DNA from: Flavobacteriales bacterium
Lineage (GTDB): Bacteria; Bacteroidota; Bacteroidia; NS11-12g; UBA955
Length of the DNA: 64,000 bases
NCBI GenBank assembly: GCA_947487055.1
Contig: CANKVN010000003.1
Coordinates: 5,222 to 69,221, forward strand
Reading direction: 5' to 3'
Position numbers and translations under genes: made by a program. Below, piece by piece: positions 39,129-48,259 of this stretch; position 1 is the first letter of the stretch; every line of letters begins with the position of its first letter. The notes beneath the pieces are model-generated. The model ran no database searches, had not been told where the DNA came from, and saw only the letters and a program-made list of their open reading frames with translations.

Positions 39129-40814
39129 ATGACACTTGTAATTGTCATCATTGCCCTCGCCCTGATATTTGACTATATCAATGGGTTTCATGATGCGGCT
39201 AACTCGATTGCCACCGTAGTAAGTACTAAAGTCCTTACACCCCTTCAGGCCGTATTGTGGGCTGCTTTATTCAATTTTGCAGCATTCTTTATTTTCAAAG
39301 ATCACGCCGTTGCCAACACCATTGGCAAAACCGTAATAGATACCTACATCACCTTGCCGGTAATCCTTTCGGGGCTAATTGCCGCTATTTTTTGGAACTT
39401 ACTTACATGGTGGTACGGAATACCTTCATCTTCCTCTCACACCCTCATTGGTGGGTTTGCCGGCGCTGCGGTGGCTCATGCATACATGACCAAAGGATTT
39501 GTGGCATTCAGCAGTGTTGTGGAAATGGAAAAAATTGTAAAAACCCTCTTGTTCATTTTCCTGGCTCCCATGATTGGCATGCTCATTTCCATGTTCATGG
39601 CGCTGGTAACCATTCACCGCAATCTTTGGATTAAACTGGGAATTATTGGTGCAACTACTGCGGCTACCTGGTTTATGTTTGCGCATTTTCAGCAAGGCAA
39701 AATGGAGGAAAACCTGCAAAAGTTTTTCCGGGTAGATAAATACAAAAAAGAGGTAGAAAAAAAGCCTGACAACGAAGAAGCCAAAGCCAAGCTGGAAAAG
39801 GCAACTGCCAATTATCAAAAGGCGCTACCCTACCTCAGCGATTATACCAAAATTGGCAGCAAAAAGGTTGCGGAAAATATCGCTGAAGCCGTGTCTTTCA
39901 AAGATCTGGAAGTAAGTAAATTGAAGGACATTGTAAGTAAAACTGCCAAACTTGACCGTTTGAAAAAAGAAGTTTTCTATGATGAATCCAAAAAACCACA
40001 ACTGGAAGCCCTCACAGCTAAGATAGATGGTCTCAAACCCCTGTTGAAGCAACATCAGGAATTGTTGGCCCAAAAGACAAAAACAGACAGCATAGCGGCC
40101 GACAGCATTACAGAAGTGGTTGCACATACCATGGCCTTCAGCGGTGCTGATGAAGACAAGCTGAAAAAGGCGTTTAACATTGATTTGACCAAAGATCTGA
40201 CCAAGGAAATAGGGAAAGCGGATAATTCATTTCTTAGATACGCTCTGTTGTGTGTCATATTGATATTTGTGTTGTCTTACATTTACATTGATAAGTTACG
40301 GAAACCGTCTGCAAACCGCACTGCCAATATGTTTAAAAAGCTGCAGTTGCTATCTTCAGCAGCATTTTCCCTTGGCCATGGCGGCAACGATGCTCAAAAA
40401 GTAATGGGTATTATCGGTGCCGCACTTATCGCCAACGGCAACATCAGCGACTTCAAAGATATTCCCAACTGGGTTCCATTGGCTTGCTATGGTGCCATTG
40501 GTTTGGGAACCTTGAGTGGTGGCTGGAAAATTGTAAAAACCATGGGAACACGCATTACCAAAGTAACACCTTTGGAAGGGGTGAGTGCTGAAACAGCTGG
40601 CGCCATTACGCTTTTCATGACCGAGCAAATGGGTATACCGGTTAGTACAACCCACACCATCACGGGTTCTATTATTGGTGTCGGTGCAACCAAACGTTTA
40701 AGCGCCGTGCGCTGGGGTGTTACCCGAAGCTTACTGGTTGCATGGTTGCTTACCATTCCCGTAAGCGCTGCCGTTGCCGGTATCGTATATTGGATTGTGC
40801 GTTTCTTCATGTAA
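39129..40814 (+). CDS. inorganic phosphate transporter, PiT family, with a large central hydrophilic insertion
   Basis: Both PiT signature repeats are present: FDYINGFHDAANSIAT at the N-terminus and FSLGHGGNDAQKVMG in the C-terminal half. They are separated by a Lys/Glu-rich segment of about 185 aa (aa 187-370). Confidence 0.9.
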   Translation: MTLVIVIIALALIFDYINGFHDAANSIATVVSTKVLTPLQAVLWAALFNFAAFFIFKDHAVANTIGKTVIDTYITLPVILSGLIAAIFWNLLTWWYGIPSSSSHTLIGGFAGAAVAHAYMTKGFVAFSSVVEMEKIVKTLLFIFLAPMIGMLISMFMALVTIHRNLWIKLGIIGATTAATWFMFAHFQQGKMEENLQKFFRVDKYKKEVEKKPDNEEAKAKLEKATANYQKALPYLSDYTKIGSKKVAENIAEAVSFKDLEVSKLKDIVSKTAKLDRLKKEVFYDESKKPQLEALTAKIDGLKPLLKQHQELLAQKTKTDSIAADSITEVVAHTMAFSGADEDKLKKAFNIDLTKDLTKEIGKADNSFLRYALLCVILIFVLSYIYIDKLRKPSANRTANMFKKLQLLSSAAFSLGHGGNDAQKVMGIIGAALIANGNISDFKDIPNWVPLACYGAIGLGTLSGGWKIVKTMGTRITKVTPLEGVSAETAGAITLFMTEQMGIPVSTTHTITGSIIGVGATKRLSAVRWGVTRSLLVAWLLTIPVSAAVAGIVYWIVRFFM

Positions 40815-40837
40815 GGACCATTATTTTTCATAAAACA

Positions 40838-40866
40838 AAAAAATCCGGCAACAGCCGGATTTTTTT
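40838..40866 (+). terminator. Rho-independent terminator after the PiT gene
   Basis: aaaaaatccggc-aaca-gccggattttttt hairpin with a T-run. Confidence 0.85.
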
Positions 40867-41160
40867 GTTACACCCTAAAACCACTTTTGGTCTAATAAAA
40901 ATGACCGCTCGTCTAAAAAGAGGCAAAATAATTATCCACAATTTAGAAACTATTCTTAACAGCCTAAAACAAGCTGAATTGGTGTGTTAAAAATGTGTTA
41001 AATTCAATGTGGCAAAATATATGGCCATTTGTAGATTTTCAAAATCTGTCTGTTCAGGCGATGCCATATTCACCGATTTACCCACGTTCATACTTATGGG
41101 TTTTAGTGATATCTGATAAATTTTCATTACGATTGTAAATCAAACAACCAATCACAACGT

Positions 41161-44100
41161 ATGAGATTTAAACATTTACTCATTGCCATTTCGGCTTCGT
41201 CCTTCGCCCCATCGGCGTTTGCACAGGCCAGTGGCCCTGGCGGAAGTCCAGGCAGCGACACCATTGATGTTGGAACAGTTACCGTAACCGCAATTGGTAC
41301 AACCAAAAATGTACGCAAAATCGGTTATGCTGTTTCACAAGTGCAAGGCAAAGGCCTTGTTTCATCCGGCGAAAGCGGGGTAATTCAAGCACTCACTGGT
41401 AAAGCGTCCAACGTGCAAATTACCCGTTCTACCGGCGATCCCGGTTCTGGTGCTTACATCCAGATTCGTGGTCAAAACACCATCACAGGCAGCAATCAGC
41501 CGCTGATTGTTGTGGATGGTATTCCCGTAAGCAACTCCAGCCTAGGCGGTGGCGTAGATGGTGTTGTACAGCAATCCCGCTTAAACGACTTAAACCCATC
41601 AGACATTGAGTCGGTAGAAGTGCTTAAAGGCGCTGCCGCTGCTGCTGTTTGGGGTACCCGCGCAGCAAATGGTGTAATCGTAATTACCACCAAAAAAGGC
41701 AAGCGTGGCATGAGCATTGAATTCTCATCTACTTATGCAATTGACCAAGTAAACCGCGAATACGAAAAGCAAGGCACTTTTGGCCAGGGTGCTGGTGGAC
41801 GTTGGGTAGCAAACAACGCTAACTCTTGGGGTGATCGTATCGCTTTACGCAGCGGTAGCGATAGCATTAACGCAGCAGGAGCTAGGTTTGTAGCCGATGA
41901 TGGAACCGTATATGGAACGATCGTTAGAAAAGGCGACAGAACTGTATACAACGATAAAAACCGCGAACAGGTTTTCCGCAACGGTATCACCTGGAACAAC
42001 AACCTGTCCATTTCCTCTGGCAATGATAAGAGCAACATGTTCTTCTCGCTGAGCGACTGGAACCAGCAAGGTATCATGAAGGGTCTTTCTGACTACAGAA
42101 GAACAACTGCCCGATTGAATTTTACCCAAAACATCAACGACAAGCTGACCGTAGGATTGAATGCCAGCATGGCAAAAATCATTTCCAACCGAGTGCAAAT
42201 GGGATCTAACCTGGATGGTCTTTATCTTGGATATCTCCGTACTGCACCCGATTTTGACAATTCCGACCATAAAGGTACTTACTACTCTGCTGCCGGTGTT
42301 CCAAAATTCAATGCACACCGCGGCTACCGCCGCTACCTGGGCGATGCAGCACCAACCTACAACAACCCAGGCTGGACCTTGAACGAGCAAACCAATACCT
42401 CTGATGTAAGCCGCTTCATCCTTACGCCTGAAGTGACCTACAAATGGCGCGAGAACCAAAAGCTGATTGCCCGCCTCGGTCATGACATGTCTACCGACCG
42501 TCGCATTACCTATTTTCCGGTAAACTCCGCAGCCAACCAGGCAAACGGTGCTTTCACCGACGACAATATTCAGGAAAGCGAATCCAGCCTGCACTTTATC
42601 AACCAGGGTAACCACAAGCTGTCCAGCGATATCAACCTGAACACCACATTTGGTTACCTGTATACCTACAAAAACTTTTACAACATTGGTGGAACAGCTT
42701 CTCAGTTCATCATTCGTGATCAGGACCGTTTTGCTTTCATCAACTCTACCACCGAAAACAAGGACCCATTCAACTCTTTCTCAGAGTTAATCAACAACCG
42801 GGTTTATGGTATTTTGGATTTTGACATAAAAGACAAAATATTCCTGCAGTTGACCGGTGCTTCCGAAGCATCTTCTACCTATGCAGATCGCTTCTTCTCG
42901 CCCAGCGCCAGCTTGGCCTACGAACTCACCAAAGACGTGAAACCAAGCAACCTGTTGAGCTATGCTAAATTACGTTTATCTGCCGGACGCGTGGGTGTTG
43001 CTCCCCCAGCATACATATGGAACACCAACTACGTTGCTGCAGGTTCTTCTTCAGGCTGGGGCGATTATCTGGATGGTTCTCTGTATGGTGGTTCTATCTA
43101 CAGAAGCTCTACCCAGGGTAACCCGGACATCAAGCCTGAAATGAAAACAGAAACCGAAATCGGTGCTGATTTGAAATTCTTCAAAAACAAATTGTCTTTG
43201 GGCTTCACCTATTACCAAAATAAAATTGAAGGTGCTGTTTTGGCAATTGCTGTGGCCAACTCTACAGGTTATGCCAACCAGTGGAAAAACGCTGCTGACT
43301 TGTCTAACAAAGGTTTCGAAGTTGATATGAACCTCAGCCTTATTAAGTCAGACAACTTTAACCTTAACCTATACGGAAACCTGGGTACCAACCGCAACAT
43401 GGTAGACAACCTGAATGGTGCGGCACCAATCTTCCTTGCCGGCTTCACCGGAACTTCATCTCGCGCTGTAGAAGGCCATGCAATGGGCGCTCTGTGGGGT
43501 GGTAAGTTTGCCAAAGATGAAAATGGTAAAATGATTCTTGATGCCGACGGTTTCCCTACTGCTTCTGCAGAAGAAGGTGTAATCGGCGATCCTAACCCAA
43601 GCTGGAGAGGTAGCGTAGGCTTGAACGGAAACTACAAAAACCTGAATTTTAACCTGCTTGTTGAGACTTGCCAGGGCAACCAAATGTGGGCTGGTACCTA
43701 TGGTGTATTGAACAACTTTGGTGTTACGCCTGAAACAGCTACTGAATTTACTGTATCTGCTGCAGATGCTGCCAATATCGTGGATTATCGGGGTGTTACC
43801 CTTGCAACAGCGGCCGCTGCCGGTGCCAATGGTTTGGCTTCCGTTAATGCTGACGGTAGCATTACTGCACGTGGTAGCTTGAAAGACTTTGGTAGTGGCA
43901 ACGTATGGTTAAATCAATACTGGTACACCAGCCTTGGTGGTGGTTTTGGTTCAGTTGCTGAACAATTCATTAAAGATGCTTCATGGACCCGTATCCGCGA
44001 ACTTAGCTTGTCTTATGCTTTGCCAAAATCATGGTCTGATGCTGTGCACATACCTGGCGGTATCAGCGTAGGCTTCACAGGAAGAAACCTGGCCCTGTGG

Positions 44101-44223
44101 ACCAAGTTTGAAGGATTGGATCCTGAAACCAACCTTACCGGTGTATCAAACGGACGCGGTCTGGATTATTTCAACAACCCAGGCACCAAGTCTTATTTGT
44201 TTAATATTAAGTTCAACCTCTAA
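41161..44223 (+). CDS. SusC/RagA family TonB-linked outer membrane protein
   Basis: Signal peptide, then a plug domain (IQIRGQNTITGSNQPLIVVDGIPV...GAAAAAVWGTRAANGVIVITTKKG). About 1020 aa, with the terminal strand YLFNIKFNL. It is followed by a SusD-like gene. Confidence 0.9.
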   Translation: MRFKHLLIAISASSFAPSAFAQASGPGGSPGSDTIDVGTVTVTAIGTTKNVRKIGYAVSQVQGKGLVSSGESGVIQALTGKASNVQITRSTGDPGSGAYIQIRGQNTITGSNQPLIVVDGIPVSNSSLGGGVDGVVQQSRLNDLNPSDIESVEVLKGAAAAAVWGTRAANGVIVITTKKGKRGMSIEFSSTYAIDQVNREYEKQGTFGQGAGGRWVANNANSWGDRIALRSGSDSINAAGARFVADDGTVYGTIVRKGDRTVYNDKNREQVFRNGITWNNNLSISSGNDKSNMFFSLSDWNQQGIMKGLSDYRRTTARLNFTQNINDKLTVGLNASMAKIISNRVQMGSNLDGLYLGYLRTAPDFDNSDHKGTYYSAAGVPKFNAHRGYRRYLGDAAPTYNNPGWTLNEQTNTSDVSRFILTPEVTYKWRENQKLIARLGHDMSTDRRITYFPVNSAANQANGAFTDDNIQESESSLHFINQGNHKLSSDINLNTTFGYLYTYKNFYNIGGTASQFIIRDQDRFAFINSTTENKDPFNSFSELINNRVYGILDFDIKDKIFLQLTGASEASSTYADRFFSPSASLAYELTKDVKPSNLLSYAKLRLSAGRVGVAPPAYIWNTNYVAAGSSSGWGDYLDGSLYGGSIYRSSTQGNPDIKPEMKTETEIGADLKFFKNKLSLGFTYYQNKIEGAVLAIAVANSTGYANQWKNAADLSNKGFEVDMNLSLIKSDNFNLNLYGNLGTNRNMVDNLNGAAPIFLAGFTGTSSRAVEGHAMGALWGGKFAKDENGKMILDADGFPTASAEEGVIGDPNPSWRGSVGLNGNYKNLNFNLLVETCQGNQMWAGTYGVLNNFGVTPETATEFTVSAADAANIVDYRGVTLATAAAAGANGLASVNADGSITARGSLKDFGSGNVWLNQYWYTSLGGGFGSVAEQFIKDASWTRIRELSLSYALPKSWSDAVHIPGGISVGFTGRNLALWTKFEGLDPETNLTGVSNGRGLDYFNNPGTKSYLFNIKFNL

Positions 44224-44245
44224 TTCAATTACAAGGAATAACAAC

Positions 44246-45598
44246 ATGAAAAAGATTTCATATATCCTTTCCTTTGCTTTGGCCCTGTCTGTAGGATTTA
44301 CCTCCTGCAAAAAGGACATCAAGGAAATAAACAAGAATAACCCAGGTCAGTTCAGCGATTCTGACCCTACCCTGATGATTTCAGGTGCACAATTGGCCAA
44401 CGTATTGGTTAATGAAGGCGAAGCTGCCCGCCTGGCAGGCATTTTCTCTGGCCATCACGTGGGCTGGGATCGTCAGTTTGTATCATACAATGATTATGTA
44501 ATGACTGCCGGTGATTTCAATACCCCCTGGGGCAATCTATACACCGAAGGTATTGCGCAGTGCCGCATTATTCGTGCAAAAGCAGCGAAGGCAAACAACA
44601 AGCAATTAAATGCTGTGGCTTGTATCACAGAGGCCAACTTGTTGCTTACTGCTTCAGCCTTGTGGGGCGATATTCCAGATAGCGAAGCTTGCACAGAAGG
44701 CATTAGCAGCCCTAAGTTCGATAAGATGTCCGACGTTCATATGCATGCCATTGCATTGTTGGATTCAGCATTGTCTTACGGTGCTAACCATGCAAATTTT
44801 AGCGGAGCTTATGTGGGTAACCACAACTGGGCTCAAGTGGCTAATACCCTGAAAGCGCGTGCATACCTGCGCATGAAGGACTACACCAAAGCCTCAGCTG
44901 CTGCCACAAGCGGTATTGCTGCAGGCAAGGATTTGCTGGCTGATCACAGCCAGGCCACCCCTGGTGCCTGGAATTTGTATTATGACTTTCTGGACTGGAA
45001 CCGTGCCGGCTATATCTCTGCCAGCGGCTCACACATGCAGAAACTTTTGGATTCGTCTTCGTTTTTCCGCAACAACGCAAAAACAGATGAGTCTGACCGC
45101 TATGCATACTACTTCCTGGAAGATTACTACACTCCCCTGGATCCCAACATTGACAATGGTATCTTCGCTGCAACAAACAACTTTGCCATTGTTTCCTATG
45201 TGGAAAATCAGCTGATTTTGGCTGAGTGCGCAATCCGTAATAGCGATTTCAACGCTGCGCTTACCCACCTGAACAATGTGCGCGCAGACAATGCAACCAA
45301 CATTGGTGGCCAGTACGATGCCTATGTTTCTGCTGATTTTGGTCCCGGCCAAATGGTTCCTGGTACCGATGCCAATGAGGCCATTAAAAAAGAAATTCTC
45401 GTGGAAAAATACACTTCTTTGTATGGACAAATTGAGCCTTGGTGTGACCTTCGCCGTACCAACAACCTTATTGGTGTTGTTCCAAACAAGGGCACCAAGT
45501 TGCCTCAGCGCTTCCTGGTTCCACAGGAAGAAATTAACGCAAACAAAAATGCACCCGCTGCAGGTGATTTGTTTGCACCGCTGGAATTGTTCCCCTAA
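44246..45598 (+). CDS. SusD/RagB family nutrient-binding outer membrane lipoprotein
   Basis: The start MKKISYILSFALALSVGFTSC gives a lipobox. It is TPR-like helical, lies immediately downstream of susC-like, and has a typical C-terminal RFLVPQEEINAN. The track extension (44108-44245) overlaps susC. Confidence 0.85.
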   Translation: MKKISYILSFALALSVGFTSCKKDIKEINKNNPGQFSDSDPTLMISGAQLANVLVNEGEAARLAGIFSGHHVGWDRQFVSYNDYVMTAGDFNTPWGNLYTEGIAQCRIIRAKAAKANNKQLNAVACITEANLLLTASALWGDIPDSEACTEGISSPKFDKMSDVHMHAIALLDSALSYGANHANFSGAYVGNHNWAQVANTLKARAYLRMKDYTKASAAATSGIAAGKDLLADHSQATPGAWNLYYDFLDWNRAGYISASGSHMQKLLDSSSFFRNNAKTDESDRYAYYFLEDYYTPLDPNIDNGIFAATNNFAIVSYVENQLILAECAIRNSDFNAALTHLNNVRADNATNIGGQYDAYVSADFGPGQMVPGTDANEAIKKEILVEKYTSLYGQIEPWCDLRRTNNLIGVVPNKGTKLPQRFLVPQEEINANKNAPAAGDLFAPLELFP

Positions 45599-45621
45599 GC
45601 GGAGTTTAACCAACGACATAT

Positions 45622-45652
45622 AAAAAGGGCCGTCGCAAGACGGCCCTTTTTA
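45622..45652. terminator. bidirectional Rho-independent terminator
   Basis: aaaaagggccgtc-gcaa-gacggcccttttt lies between the convergent susD-like and acyl-CoA dehydrogenase genes. Confidence 0.85.
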
Positions 45653-45689
45653 TATGCTATTGGTGCCACAACTGGTGTGGCCGTAATTT

Positions 45690-46832
45690 TTAGTCTTTCA
45701 ATACATCGCGGCTAATAACCACACGCTGAACCTCGCTGGTTCCTTCGTAAATCTGGGTAATCTTAGCATCGCGCATCAAACGTTCAACATGGTATTCTTT
45801 CACATAGCCATAGCCGCCATGTATTTGAACAGCTTCTACGGCAGTTTTCATGGCAGTTTCGCTGGAAAATAACTTAGCCATGGAACTTGCCCTGCCATAA
45901 TCCAGGTGCTGGTCTTTTAACCAGGCTGCTTTCAGGCATAACAAGCGGGAAGCTTCAATTTCTGTTGCCATATCGGCCAGTTTGAAAGCAATGGCCTGGT
46001 GGTTCATGATTTCGGTTCCGAAAGCTTTGCGCTCTTTCGAGTATTTCAGGGATAGTTCATACGCACCGCTGGCAATACCCAAGGCTTGTGCAGCAATACC
46101 AATCCTGCCGCCGGTAAGTGTTTTCATGGCAAACTTGAAGCCAAAACCATCTTCGCCAATGCGGTTTTCTTTGGGCACTTTCACATCCTGAAACATGATG
46201 GAATGCGTGTCGCTGCCGCGAATACCCAATTTATCCTCTTTTTTGCCTACGGTAACACCGGGGCTGTTTTTCTCTACAATCAGTGCATTGATGCCTTTGT
46301 GGCCTTTTGCAGCATCGGTTTGTGCCATTACCAGATAAACGCTGGCACTGTTGCCGTTGGTGATCCAGTTTTTGGTTCCGTTCAGCAGGTAGTGGTCACC
46401 TTTATCTTCTGCAATGGTGCGCTGGCTGGTTGCATCGCTGCCCGCTTCGGGCTCGCTCAGCAAAAAGGCACCAATGATTTCACCTTTCGCCAGTGGCACC
46501 AGGTATTTCATTTTTTGCTCTTCGTTTCCAAAGGTTTCAAGACCCCAGCAAACAAGGCTGTTGTTTACGCTCATCACCACCGAGCATGATGCATCGACCT
46601 TTGAAATTTCTTCCATGGCCAGTACATAACTGATGGTATCCATACCGCTTCCGCCGTATTTTGGATCTACCATCATACCCATAAAGCCCAGTTCTCCCAG
46701 TTTTTTTACTTGTTCTGCCGGGAATTTTTGATGTTCATCGCGTTCTATAACACCGGGCAACAATTCTGTTTGGGCGAAATCGCGGGCAGCCTGCTGCACG
46801 GCTAAATGTTCTTCGGTAAGCTGAAATTGCAT
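45690..46832 (-). CDS. acyl-CoA dehydrogenase (short/butyryl-CoA type)
   Basis: LSEPEAGSDA..., WITNG and QIHGGYGYVKEYHVERLMRDAKITQIYEGTSEVQR are ACAD hallmarks, including the catalytic Glu in YEGTSE. Confidence 0.9.
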   Translation of the reverse strand: MQFQLTEEHLAVQQAARDFAQTELLPGVIERDEHQKFPAEQVKKLGELGFMGMMVDPKYGGSGMDTISYVLAMEEISKVDASCSVVMSVNNSLVCWGLETFGNEEQKMKYLVPLAKGEIIGAFLLSEPEAGSDATSQRTIAEDKGDHYLLNGTKNWITNGNSASVYLVMAQTDAAKGHKGINALIVEKNSPGVTVGKKEDKLGIRGSDTHSIMFQDVKVPKENRIGEDGFGFKFAMKTLTGGRIGIAAQALGIASGAYELSLKYSKERKAFGTEIMNHQAIAFKLADMATEIEASRLLCLKAAWLKDQHLDYGRASSMAKLFSSETAMKTAVEAVQIHGGYGYVKEYHVERLMRDAKITQIYEGTSEVQRVVISRDVLKD

Positions 46833-46962
46833 AAGACTGCAAAAATAGTAAAGGAAGTGGAGATTTAACCAACTACTTGTTTGTTCATGCTTTTATTGAT
46901 GAATGAAAAACAAAACCAGCAGGTAAATATCCATAATTCAATCGGTAGTGCGTATCTATGGT

Positions 46963-46970
46963 TACCTTTG
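46963..46970 (+). promoter_or_regulatory. Bacteroidota -7 promoter box (TAnnTTTG)
   Basis: Exact TACCTTTG, 9 nt upstream of the ferredoxin ATG at 46980. Confidence 0.45.
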
Positions 46971-46979
46971 CATTTGTAT

Positions 46980-47309
46980 ATGGGAAACATCACGTTTCAA
47001 TTTGAAAACAAAACACAAGCACCAATCACCGTTGTTATTGAGGCTGGGGAGAGCGTGCTGGAGGTGGCACTGGACAATGACATCCAACTCAACCACAATT
47101 GTGGTGGCGTTTGCGGTTGCAGCACCTGTCATATTTATGTGAACAGCGGCGAAGAGCTGCTTCCGGAAATGAGCGACCGAGAAGAGGATTATGTAGACCG
47201 CGCCCGCAATCCCAAATTTAATTCACGCCTGGCCTGCCAGTGCAAATTGGCCCAGAATGGCGACATGGTGGTAACCATTCCAGACCAAAGCGGCATCATC
47301 GGCCACTAA
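46980..47309 (+). CDS. fdx: 2Fe-2S ferredoxin (adrenodoxin / ISC Fdx type)
   Basis: The Cys ligand pattern is CGGVCGCSTCH...LACQ. It is 109 aa when started at MGNITFQF. It is followed by iscX. Confidence 0.8.
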   Translation: MGNITFQFENKTQAPITVVIEAGESVLEVALDNDIQLNHNCGGVCGCSTCHIYVNSGEELLPEMSDREEDYVDRARNPKFNSRLACQCKLAQNGDMVVTIPDQSGIIGH

Positions 47310-47334
47310 CCACCTAACCTTTAACCTAAAAACA

Positions 47335-47568
47335 ATGTTCGAACTCCCAATATACTGGTCAGATTATGAAGACATTGCCATGAAGCTTTATGAGCGTTTT
47401 GGCTATGATTTCAACGAAAGCAAAATTTACCGCATCCGTTTTACCGAACTGCTGGAGTGGGTTTTGGAAATTCCCCATTTCAAAGGCACCCGCGAAGAAA
47501 GTAATGAGGGCCATCTGGAAATGATTCAGGCCCAGTGGGTCTATGAATGGCGGGATAACAACAGATAA
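47335..47568 (+). CDS. iscX: Fe-S cluster assembly protein IscX
   Basis: The pattern W.D.EDIA..LY......(I)RFTEL..WV.E...F......SNEG.LE.IQ..W..E matches IscX/YfhJ. Confidence 0.75.
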   Translation: MFELPIYWSDYEDIAMKLYERFGYDFNESKIYRIRFTELLEWVLEIPHFKGTREESNEGHLEMIQAQWVYEWRDNNR

Positions 47569-47723
47569 GATTTATCGCAATCATAACCATTCTGCGGAAT
47601 GGTCGTTATTATGTGATATAGCATAACTTAGCATTGATGTTCATCAGTGCATGACCAAACACGCATTTCAATTGTGTGAACAGCCGGTATCTTTACAAAA
47701 TGGTTGCTTTAAAAACAGAGGAG

Positions 47724-48101
47724 ATGAAACAAAATCCAGTAAGTGCGGAAAACAAAATAAAAATGGTCCGTGAAAGCATTAACCTCTCTCAGGAATATGT
47801 TGCGTCAAAACTGAATATCAGTCAGCAAGCGTATTCACAGTTGGAAAAAAACCCGGATAACATTACGGTGGGCCGCATGCGTGAGATTTCCAATGTTTTG
47901 GGTGTGCCATTCAATACCCTTGTTGGTGAAGATGATTTATACATACAGCAAAACTACAACCAGCAAGGCGGCAATGCCGGTACAGTAATGTATGTGCAGG
48001 GCATGGCAGATAACGAACGCAAGGTTTATGAAAGCCGTATACAAGACCTCAAGGACCAAATAGAACTCCTGCACCAAATGATATTGCAGCTGAAGGGTTG
48101 A
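47724..48101 (+). CDS. XRE-family helix-turn-helix transcriptional regulator
   Basis: IKMVRESINLSQEYVASKLNISQQAYSQLEKNPDNITVGRMREISNVLGV is a Cro/C1-type HTH, with a C-terminal coiled-coil tail. The start is ambiguous (47676 GTG, 47700 or 47724). Confidence 0.75.
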   Translation: MKQNPVSAENKIKMVRESINLSQEYVASKLNISQQAYSQLEKNPDNITVGRMREISNVLGVPFNTLVGEDDLYIQQNYNQQGGNAGTVMYVQGMADNERKVYESRIQDLKDQIELLHQMILQLKG

Positions 48102-48259
48102 GGTTATCAGCAAACCGCCTGAAAAATGCTTTTTGGTAATTACCGGTTAAGCAATCATTAGAAATACACAGTAAAAGTTTATTTGTCCGCTCTAGTTGCG
48201 ATTGTTTGGGTTTTTCACCAATTTTGCCGCCATTCTTTATGATACTTTAAATAAACGAC

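Noticed and set aside
41845-42615. 256-aa ORF on the minus strand
   Set aside because: It is antisense to the SusC-like gene, whose plug and barrel motifs are clear. It is a shadow ORF.
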